Source of the DNA: Amoebophrya sp. A120
Lineage: Eukaryota; Protista; Dinoflagellata
Length of the DNA stretch: 64,000 bases
Assembly (NCBI GenBank): GCA_905178155.1
Contig: CAJINV010000017.1
Coordinates: 1,232,722-1,296,721 of the forward strand
Reading direction: 5' to 3'
A program made the translations under genes and the position numbers. Of this stretch, positions 23,339 through 32,331 are shown one piece after another. Below the pieces are notes generated by a model. It saw only the letters and a list, made by a program, of their open reading frames with translations. It ran no database searches and had not been told where the DNA came from. Position 1 is the stretch's first letter. Each line of letters starts with the position of its first letter.

Positions 23339-24655
23339 ATGCCATCTTCTGGCGCGCCCCTGGGTAGCATGTGGAAGGTCCCCTTTGCGGCAGTGCTAGC
23401 CCTGTTTTCATCTTCAAAAGTTGCTTTTTACTTCCATGCTGGAGCAGTTCCGGCGCATGTAGTTCAAGGAACCTTCACGGCTCTACAAGATGTTGACTCA
23501 GATCATGCAGCTGCATCGACCGCGGGCGGCGACGACGAAGATATTCTGAGTACGTCCTCCAGCGCCCCTTTGACTGCGCAGTCACTTCTGCATTTTCCAC
23601 GTGCAATAGCGAATCGGAATCCAAGTCAAGCGTCACAAACCCGCGGAAAGCAGCTCGTGCAGAACCTCCGGAAGCAGGCTCAGCTTAGTAAACGCTTCGT
23701 CTCTTCCCTCGTGTTTCCACGATCTGGATTTTTTTCAGCCGCCGATGATGTGCCGCCGTACGTGGACACGATGAAAATTCATCTCGGTAGTTGTACTACC
23801 GAGGAACACCACGCAACGAGCCCCTCCACGACGCAAGCCGATGTGACTATTCCGCCGATCAGTATCCGTCTGGCCATGCTGAACCCCTTCGATACTGGGT
23901 ACTTGGAAAAGGTTTCGGATAGCCCAGTATCCGGTGCCAGGGGGACGGAACCGGCAGAGGATCGGTTTCTGGCGCTGGATGATAGCATCAACCTCGACCA
24001 CGCGAAAATAAACTCTGACCCAGGACAGGGAAATGATAATAAATCATGTCGCTGGTCCGTCGACATGAGCAGTACAAGGAGCTCCGCCTCGATTTCAGTG
24101 ACTGATGTGAACCTGTTGCAGCCGCAAGAAATTCAACTACAACACCATAACAAACCGGAAGAACGCCAGCAGATGTCCTCCGCTTGGTCGTCTTGGTTTG
24201 GAGCGGAAGAAGATCAAGATGATATTGCCAGCAAAAATACAGCAATACCAGATACGATCACCTTCACCCTTTTCGACAGCAGGGGCGCACCACAACTGAT
24301 TTGCACAGCAACGACCCACCCGCCAGACGGTAGGTCCTCCTACTGCTACGGAGCAACCATGAAAGCGCGGATGGCGACATATGCGGCGAGTGGTTTGGGG
24401 ATCGGGTTCGAGTTTGCCGTCGATTTGGAGCAGAGGAAAATGACTTTCACCTTGAGTGGCGTCGATTGGGAAAGCATGGAGCGGTATGTTGAAGTAGCGA
24501 AAAGCTTCATGCGCGGGCTCGGGGAAAAGCCGAAGGAGGCGGTGTTGAGATTCGAATTTCCGGGAAAAGTTGTGGAAGGTGGAAAGTACGGGAGTGACGC
24601 GAAGGGAGAGTGGAAAACTTTTACCAGGGATCTACACATCCAGATCAAACTGTAG
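23339..24655 (+). CDS. Secreted protein of unknown family, paralog A (ORF opens at 23243)
   Basis: Hydrophobic leader MWKVPFAAVLALFSSSKVAFYFHAGA. The C-terminal ~300 aa (MKIHLG..ISIRLAMLNP..WSVD..LICTAT..CYG..GLGIGFEFAVD..GVDW..LGEKP..TRDLHIQIKL) is shared with paralogs B and C. Confidence 0.8.
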   Translation: MPSSGAPLGSMWKVPFAAVLALFSSSKVAFYFHAGAVPAHVVQGTFTALQDVDSDHAAASTAGGDDEDILSTSSSAPLTAQSLLHFPRAIANRNPSQASQTRGKQLVQNLRKQAQLSKRFVSSLVFPRSGFFSAADDVPPYVDTMKIHLGSCTTEEHHATSPSTTQADVTIPPISIRLAMLNPFDTGYLEKVSDSPVSGARGTEPAEDRFLALDDSINLDHAKINSDPGQGNDNKSCRWSVDMSSTRSSASISVTDVNLLQPQEIQLQHHNKPEERQQMSSAWSSWFGAEEDQDDIASKNTAIPDTITFTLFDSRGAPQLICTATTHPPDGRSSYCYGATMKARMATYAASGLGIGFEFAVDLEQRKMTFTLSGVDWESMERYVEVAKSFMRGLGEKPKEAVLRFEFPGKVVEGGKYGSDAKGEWKTFTRDLHIQIKL

Positions 24656-25034
24656 AATCAGGAGAACAAAACATTCTTTCCACATGGACTTCTTGAGCAG
24701 TAAGAAATAGTTTCAGACGAGTTGTTGTAAGTATTTCATCGAGGAGTGTTTATTTACGTTTTTTAATATTCCTGGAGCACACGGACGCAGAGAACTGGCG
24801 ATCCATTGAAACAGCGACTTTCTGAGCATCCAAGCGCTGTTGTAATCAAAGTAACGTGCGCCAACGGAACGGTGATGTAATATAGTCTCGTAATGTCTCG
24901 TCTTGTATGATTTACCATCGACTTTTCGCCACTCGTCTCATTTTCATTTTTCTTGAGCACCAACAATCTGCTTGTCTGCGAAACGTGAATCCAACGTCAA
25001 ATCGTGTGATCAGTGTGTAAAAAAGTGCAGCGAT

Positions 25035-25165
25035 TCCAAACAAAGCATTTCGGGCGTGCGGGCAACAGCTTGGTCGCAGAACCTCCGAAACAACAAGCAG
25101 CGTTTCGTGTCTTTCTTTCCAATCCCCCGTACTGGAGTTTTTCCAGCATTCGTCAATGACTACGA
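25035..25165 (+). pseudogene. Degenerate relic of the paralog-A pro-region
   Basis: Translates QNLRNNKQRFVSFFPIPRTGVFPA versus paralog A QNLRKQAQLSKRFVSSLVFPRSGFFSA. Identical 11-mer cagaacctccg at 23660 and 25077. No downstream conserved domain in frame. Confidence 0.55.
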
Positions 25166-25936
25166 CAACTATCCCACAGAACAAAAAAAGCTAGAGTGTC
25201 ACGTTTGGTCAAATGCAAAAACAAATTAATAAGTAGTACAACCAGCACGAGGACTAGAGTTACAGATACTGATACCCGACTACTTACACTACAGAAATGA
25301 TGAGCAACCAACAAGCAACATTTACGACTAACCACCTTGTCGCAGTCGTATTCGTATATCATTCGTAAGTGCGCATCGTGGCTTGCATGTCGTTCTGGCG
25401 GGGATGAGTTTGATTTGAGTAATCGATTCGTGATGTACACATGGTACACCAAAACTCTGCCGCCTTTGTTAAGGTGAGGACAGCCAGCTTTACAGCGATC
25501 TTGACCTCCCCGCGTTTTCCGAAGGACCCGTGATGTGAAAGAACATTTATTCGAACAAATCGACGACGTCGCTGTCGTCATATTGCATTTCATAATGCAA
25601 AGATCTTCGTCTAGTACTTCGATTTCGACGTGTATCGGTCTCCTTAGTCGGACGTCGTGGTCAATCATTTCTGGCCCTGCTCCTTCAAGTAGTACTTAAC
25701 TCAAACTCTAACTTTCTTCAGCCGACGCGATTTTTTTCGTCTAAGTTCCAAGGGAAGTGAACTAGACTACAACCAAGGAAAAAGTGCTACCAGGGTGCTC
25801 GCTCGTCACCAACAACTGGCTACGCCTTCACTTCTGTTTGCTTGAAACAACCTCAGCCTATACTTCTGTCGTGGCGCAAAACTTCGTTGTAGCGGCGCTC
25901 ACAAGAACGCTGCAAAAGATCGCTTTGAAAAAATAA

Positions 25937-26429
25937 ATGCCGAGGATGAGGATGAAAAAGACCACCACTTTCACTTTGCTCGCCGGCGCGCAGCTGGCGG
26001 CGGCCTTGAAGCAGGCCGGTGAAGAGGCGGGCGAAGGGCAGAAGATGGCGATAGGGTCGGCCGGCGAAGGGGCGGTCCGTGTCGTCCATTCCCCGCGCAC
26101 GAACGAGATGAGGGAGGACCGGGCAGGTACGTCGGCGCGTCACAGTAATATATCATGCTTGAGGCTTGAGCTTACTATAAGCGTGCTGCATCTTGACTTT
26201 TGTTTCCATGGTGAAAGCTTTTGTACATTATTTGAGCAGCTGCAGTATTATGTCGCTTGCAACTTTATCATCTTTTCCCATGTTGGCCACCAATTCCATC
26301 CTGCTCCACTTCACAGGCAAAAAAGCGGGGCGCTCGAAGACGCAGTCCTTCAATGAAGATGGCATCATGGAATATCCCACGACAGAAATAGCTAGCAGTA
26401 GCACATCATCAACACGAAAAGTAAAATAA
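25937..26429 (+). CDS. Small putative secreted protein; exons 25937-26126 and 26317-26429
   Basis: Signal-like MKKTTTFTLLAGAQLAAA. A phase-1 GT-AG intron at 26127-26316 (gtacgt..cacag) gives ..EDRA-G-KKAGRSKTQSF.. No recognisable domain. Confidence 0.45.
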
Positions 26430-26567
26430 AACCTTATGTCCTCTTAGATACTAGCCTACGCGCAATGCAGCTCAAGTCCGACCCATGACCGTCCGATAAT
26501 TCAGATCATTGATTTATGACTCTGTTTTCTGCTGCATTTAATAAATACGGGCATATTGCCTGTTGCC

Positions 26568-27497
26568 ATGCTATTGCTAGTTTTTTTTCTGTGTGATCCT
26601 GACCACGACGACGAGCCGCCATACATCAATACGATGAAAATTCATCTCGGGCGCGACGCCGCAGCACGAGCAGAAGATTCGGCAACAACACACGCCGACA
26701 TGACCGTTCCGCCGATCAGTATTCGGCTGACCATGCTGAACCCGTTCGGCACTGGGTATCTGGAAGAAGTTTCGGAAACCCCAGTATCCGACGCCACGGA
26801 CGGGAAGGAACCGGGTGAGGACGGGTTTCTCGAGGTTGTGGATGAAAATGTGAAGGACCTTGCGGAAGCGAAAATTGACGCTCCTGAGGCAGCCCCAGCC
26901 ATTGTCTGGAGTGTCGACACCAACACCACACAGCACTCCGCCTCGACTTCAGTGACTGACGTGAACCTGTTGCAACCAGAACAAATCGAAGATTTTAAGA
27001 AACAAGCAGCACCAGAACAAGAACACCATCGACAGGAGTCCGCTGCCTGGTCGTGGCCGTCTTTGTTTGGAGACGACAAGACTCCAAGAACCGTGGCGCC
27101 AGATACCATCACCGTTACCGTTTTCGACAGCTCGGAAGCACAACTGATTTGCACCGCGACGATCCACCCGCCCAAAAGGAGATCCTCCGGCGGCTGCAAC
27201 CCGGTGACCATGTTTGCCCGGACGGCATCGTTCGGGGCGAGTCAGCTCGGGATCGGGTTTGAGTTTGCCGTCGATTTGGACCAGAGCAGCATGACCTTTA
27301 CTTCCACGGGCATCGATTGGGGAAGTACGGACCGCTACGTCGGAGTGGCGAAAACGTTTTTTCCCGGGCTCGGGCAGCGGCCGCAAGAGGCGGTGTTGAG
27401 ATTCGCATTTCCCGGACGAGTTGACGGAGGTGGGAGCGGGGGGAAGGAGGAGTGGAAACTTTTTACCCGGGACCTGCATATACAGGTCAAACTGTAG
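26568..27497 (+). CDS. Secreted-family paralog B (short or missing N-terminus)
   Basis: PPYINTMKIHLG..ISIRLTMLNPFGTGYLEEVS..WSVD..LICTAT..LGIGFEFAVDLD..GIDW..TRDLHIQVKL, closely similar to paralog A. First ATG gives MLLLVFFLC; an upstream exon cannot be excluded. Confidence 0.78.
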   Translation: MLLLVFFLCDPDHDDEPPYINTMKIHLGRDAAARAEDSATTHADMTVPPISIRLTMLNPFGTGYLEEVSETPVSDATDGKEPGEDGFLEVVDENVKDLAEAKIDAPEAAPAIVWSVDTNTTQHSASTSVTDVNLLQPEQIEDFKKQAAPEQEHHRQESAAWSWPSLFGDDKTPRTVAPDTITVTVFDSSEAQLICTATIHPPKRRSSGGCNPVTMFARTASFGASQLGIGFEFAVDLDQSSMTFTSTGIDWGSTDRYVGVAKTFFPGLGQRPQEAVLRFAFPGRVDGGGSGGKEEWKLFTRDLHIQVKL

Positions 27498-28073
27498 GAA
27501 GATGAGCTGGCGAATCAAAATGAGTTGCGCAACCGTAAATAATGATAAAAGAGGTTGTTTATACTTAGACTCGAAAACAAAATGCTGCCTATCTAATCTA
27601 GGCAAGGAGTTTTCGTCTATATATCATTCTGATTATTTTCACTTGTTCTTGTTGTTCTCTCGAACACCAAAATAAATCAGCTTGTCTGCGAGTCGTAAAT
27701 TCAACGGCAAACTTTGACTTTCACTGTGTGGTCAGCGTGTAAGAGAAGAAACTTACACACACCCCGAGGAGTGATTTTTTACATCGAAAACGGGGGTGGG
27801 CCTCGCACGCTCTCGCTTTTCGTAGCATTTTGAAGCGGATGATGAACTCGAATGCAAGCAGCACCCGAGGCGCGCTTGGCGTGGTGCGCAGTCCAAGAAA
27901 ACAAGAATGGTAGAAAGCATTCGCCATGGCAGTGGTGTCTTTGTTTTGGGCGCCCGCCCATCTTCGTTGTTTTTGTGTTCTCGTTTAGAGCGTTTTTCTT
28001 ACTGCTGGTGTAGTGAAGACAGTCCTTCACCAATGTTACCGGCCCTCACCTAAAATAGATTCGCCAGACACAT

Positions 28074-28269
28074 GTGTCTTGTTACCTCCCGCATTTGCAA
28101 GTGGTCCATAGACCCGGGTGTCTTGTTACCTCCCGCATTTGCAAGTGGTCCATAGACCCGGGTGTCTTGTTACCTCCCGCATTTGCAAGTGGTCCATAGA
28201 CCCGGGTGTCTTGTTACCTCCCGCATTTGCAAGTGGTCCATAGACCCGGGTGTCTTGTTACCTCCCGCA
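28074..28269. repeat. Perfect 44-bp tandem minisatellite, 4 full copies plus a partial fifth
   Basis: Unit gtgtcttgttacctcccgcatttgcaagtggtccatagacccgg starts at 28074, 28118, 28162 and 28206; partial copy from 28250, followed by degenerate ataaagtccatag. No spacers. Confidence 0.95.
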
Positions 28270-28437
28270 ATAAAGTCCATAGCTACGTCTGGAATCAATA
28301 TTACGAAATAGACGCAGCTTCGAGCAGTAGTAGTTCCGATTGAGAGTTTGTGCACTTGTGCAAGCCCAGCCTGCTTCTGCTTCAACCCCTGCCCCTCCGA
28401 AGATTGACTCATTCTGTTCGCCGTGCGCAAGAACCGA

Positions 28438-29892
28438 ATGCCCAAAATGGTCGAAGAAATCAAAACGAAACTGCAGACGAGATCTTCATTGCGAGCAGCA
28501 TGTCCGCCTCGCTTCGCTCTACTTCTCGCCTTGGTCACGGCATCCCTTATCCACCTCCCGTCAGCCGATGCAAAGACTAGTGCCTTTTACCCATCTCCGG
28601 GAGTAGAACAAACAGGCCACAACTACCACCAAGGGGTTGCCCAGCACTACAAAAGCAGAAACACGAACTACGGCCGGAGTCTCGGATTCGCACAGGCACA
28701 TCACGAAGAGGTGGAAAATGAGGAGGACTTCTCAACAACATCCGTTCAGAAGAATACTCTTCACAACCTCAACAGCGACCAAAGCTACGCGACAGAAGCA
28801 AGTGCTGCAGATCATGTTGATAACTCTTGGTCGTCGTACCTTTCCGGCATGCTGCCCCAGTTTGGCTTGTCGAACACAACAGAAGGCGGGTCGTCCATAG
28901 CCGCCCCGCCTAACGAAGTCGTGCCAGCAACATCTACGTGGCAGGACCCGATGAGGCTCCACCTGGGAGGGGACCTTTCGAACACAAAAGCGGACGTCCA
29001 GGTGGGGCCGCTCGCGATCCGCGTGACCATGATGAACCCTAAGGGTTTAGGGTTTAGTGAGCAAACCCCAAAGAACCCCGTGTCCGGGGCGGACGGACGG
29101 ATTTCGCCGGAGGATGGGTGGCTGCTCGTTGCGGATCACGCGGACGTTGCACTGCCAGGTGAGGTTTCATCTTCAGCTGGTGGCACAGGAGCAGGTGGGG
29201 CTTTTCTGGGAACAACAGGGGCCGCAGGACCTACAACTTCTTCTACCAGGGGGAGTACCAGCACAACAGCTCATCACGTCCATTGGAGCGTGGACACGAG
29301 CAGCACACAGACCACCGCGATGGTAACGATTCAGGACGTCGATATGTTCTTCCCCGGAATGATGATGTCCCAGCAGTCACATGCAGCTTCCGCCGCGAAC
29401 CACAACTTCCACCGCCAACAAGCAGTTGACCAAGTCTACACCTTCTCCGTCTTCGACGGTAGCGGCAACGACGTTTTCGCGTGCACCGCAACTTTGAGTG
29501 GCGCTGGAGGTGCGGGCAACTACGGCAAGAGTGGTTCATCCTCCACACAGACCAAGAGAACAAGCACGGGAACTTGCTACGGTACTACGATGAAGTCGAG
29601 GATGGCGTCTTTCGCGGCCAGCGGCGTGGGGATCTCCTTTGGCTTGTCCGTGGATGCAGCGGACAAGAAGTTGACCTTTTCGTTGAACGGGGTAGACTGG
29701 ACGGGGATTGACGGCTACGTGAAGTTGGCGAAGCGGTTCATCCGGAGCCTGGGGGAGAGGCCGATCGAAACCATGCTGCGGTACTCCTACCCAGCAGCGA
29801 TGAATCATGGTGGGGAAGTGGGTGCAGGTGAGGGAAATGATGACCAGGCAAGAACCATCACACGGGACGTGCACGTGCAAATCAAGATGTAG
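28438..29892 (+). CDS. Secreted-family paralog C (more divergent)
   Basis: Signal FALLLALVTASLIHLPSADA. Domain MRLHLGG..LAIRVTMMNPKGLGFSE..PVSGADG..WSVDTSST..FACTAT..CYGTTMKSRMASFAASGVGISFGLSVD..GVDW..LGERP..TRDVHVQIKM. Confidence 0.8.
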   Translation: MPKMVEEIKTKLQTRSSLRAACPPRFALLLALVTASLIHLPSADAKTSAFYPSPGVEQTGHNYHQGVAQHYKSRNTNYGRSLGFAQAHHEEVENEEDFSTTSVQKNTLHNLNSDQSYATEASAADHVDNSWSSYLSGMLPQFGLSNTTEGGSSIAAPPNEVVPATSTWQDPMRLHLGGDLSNTKADVQVGPLAIRVTMMNPKGLGFSEQTPKNPVSGADGRISPEDGWLLVADHADVALPGEVSSSAGGTGAGGAFLGTTGAAGPTTSSTRGSTSTTAHHVHWSVDTSSTQTTAMVTIQDVDMFFPGMMMSQQSHAASAANHNFHRQQAVDQVYTFSVFDGSGNDVFACTATLSGAGGAGNYGKSGSSSTQTKRTSTGTCYGTTMKSRMASFAASGVGISFGLSVDAADKKLTFSLNGVDWTGIDGYVKLAKRFIRSLGERPIETMLRYSYPAAMNHGGEVGAGEGNDDQARTITRDVHVQIKM

Positions 29893-30429
29893 ACCGTGTT
29901 TGGTTTTGCGGTCGGAAGATAATTCTGGAGGTCAAGAAGAGCGGGCGGGAGAATCATGGCGGAAAGCAAGCTTCTGGATTTTTTGAATGTTGAAGCCGCC
30001 GCATCAACAGGTGAACTTAACAAATTCCCAATGCCCCGGGTCGACTATGTTGTTAAACGTCTCTCTCATGCCCATGCGCACCATATTCATCTAATCTCGA
30101 TGGTGATGCCACTAACTTCACATTCTTATCAATCTACTCACGTTGATCACCATGTCCATGAGCATGATTGAGCGTGCTAATCGTTCCACCAAGAATCAAA
30201 AATCTCTATGTCTGCAAAACGAACCCCAACAAAAAACAATCTGTTTGTCCGCAAAACGCAAGGAATTCAAAACATTCAACATGAGTAGCTACAAAGAAAT
30301 AGCCGCACGCCCACCAGGAAAGCGGAGCTCTAATGTTTGATTTCCAGCAGGGCAGATGGCTTCTGTTGTCTCTGTGTTCGGCACGACCGGAAGACCGCCA
30401 GGATAGCTGTTCTAGTTCTTTGGGGTTCC

Positions 30430-31730
30430 GCATTTAATGACCGCGGTGAAGCGAGTGTCTGGAACGGGAACGGGTCAGCCGGTGTTACAGGGTTCGAGCG
30501 TGTGGCGCTTGGATTTGTCTCGGGGGGAAGCCTCCGCCCGAAGATCGCGAAGGCGATGCGCGAAGAGAGCGCGCAGGTGGCCGAGGGAAAAGATAGGAAG
30601 CGAGAAGAGCGCCAAGACTTTGCAGCGGCACGGAGCCACCCGCGTTGTCTGTGAGTCTGCCTTGACTCCCTTTGCACCGTCGCCATTGGGGGCCTTTCCA
30701 AGCCTTGGCGCCGCCGATTTTTTTGAAACGCGCGGCGCGGGGGCCCCCTCAGGGCCTTTTAGCTTGGGCGCCCCCCCCCGTTTCGGCACACAGCAAGCCG
30801 GCGCCGCCGGCTTGCTGCCGCAGGTCACGTGAAGGGCCACGGTTCCGCAGCAAGCAAGCACCGACGAGGAGCGGACGACGATGGGCAAAGGTGTCCGTCT
30901 TGGCGGGGCTACGTCGAAAGCAGCGGCGAAACAAGTGCACGGGGTGGCCCGCACCTTCGCGGAACTTGTGAACAAAACCAGTATGGCCACAGGACAGCGC
31001 TCGTAAAAAAAAGAAAACCCGCGCGCTGCTCTTTTTCGAAAGCGAGGCGCAGCCGTCTAGGAAAAACGCGCGGGCGAGCCAGCCGGGCGCGCGCGGCCCG
31101 GCCTATTTTCAGCGTTTCTTTGCATGCGCGCGGCCCCGGCCGGGAAGCGGGTCCAAAGAAGGAAGCGCCGGCCGGGGCCCCGGGAAGGGCAGGCCAGGTA
31201 GGGAATTTCGGCCGCCCCCGATTGGTGGCCGGCGCCTGCTTTGGTGGCGCTTGTCTTGTCCTGTGGCTGCCTCCGCCCCGGGGCGCAAGCCCATTGTGTG
31301 CGACCTAGCAGGCGCCGGCGTTCTTTGCCGGGGGGCACCCGAGCCCGCCGGCTCGCCCGGCGGGTTGGCGCGCGAGCTTCCGAGGACCGCGCCGTGGGAG
31401 GGCCCCTCCGCCGCGCCTCAGGCAGGCCTTCATGTCTCGGGGGCGGGCCGGCGGTCCGCCGTGGCGCGGGCGGTTGTTCGGGTGTGGGCCCGCTTGCCTC
31501 GTCCTCCCAGACCCACCGGTCTTCTGCTGCCTCTTCTGAAGCCATGTGTGATGGCTCTCCCCCAGGAAGTCTAAGTCTATTTTCGGGTCTTCTCGGTCGT
31601 CCGTGCGTGGCGTGGGTGGCTAGCCGCTCCTGCAAAGGGCGCGCGCCCGCGCGAGCCTACTCATTTGGTTGGCTTTGATTTCCGCAACCGTCCGCCCGCC
31701 CGTGAGTGCTTAGTCAGGCGGCACAGACGC
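30430..31730. other. GC-rich compositional island without an identifiable gene (possible decayed mobile element or low-quality sequence)
   Basis: Abrupt rise in G+C with many CG/GC runs and homopolymers (cccccccccg at ~30771). Many overlapping P/G/A/R-rich ORFs on both strands, none with recognisable motifs. Boundaries are approximate. Confidence 0.5.
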
Positions 31731-32331
31731 AGTGAGTTCTCGTCAACAAGGAACAAGAAGAAGCAATAATGATCGCAGGAGCTGCTCCTGTTGCCTTTAT
31801 AATTCGCGGCCGCCCTTGATGTGTTCGCTCGGCGGCGAGGTTTCGGGATTGCAACGACCCTTGGAGCGCTCTTGTTGCATATTCATGTTCCTCGAGGTGC
31901 GCCAGCGTGCGTCTGTATTCGGTTCCGAGAAGATGTGTTTATTGGCGGCCATCGTTGCATTGCCGGTCTTCGCATCTAAATCTTGCTGAGAGAGTTGTGG
32001 GCCGCGTCGCTTCTCATTTCGTTCTTTTCTTTGTGTCGTTTCTCTCTCCTGTGGTCGTTCACTAGGCTCGTCAGTTGGTCGTCATCAGTCCAGCCTTGAT
32101 TTAATGTTACAGACAGGGGCAACAAGACGAGGGGCCAACAATGTTCAGCCGAAACTGGAAAAGGAGTATTGCCATGACGATGACCACTGAGCGGCCACGC
32201 GCTCATGTAAACCGCAATGGTTGGCAACTGACGCAGTCAGGTTGAACAAGCAAACAAGGAGGCCCCCGGCAGTTTCTTTCTGTTTAATTATCCACCTGAG
32301 GAGCATGGCACAATAAGCATCGTTGTATGTT

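Noticed and set aside
28074-28269. 44-bp repeat array as a CRISPR array
   Set aside because: Units are head-to-tail with no unique spacers, there are no cas genes, and the context is eukaryotic.
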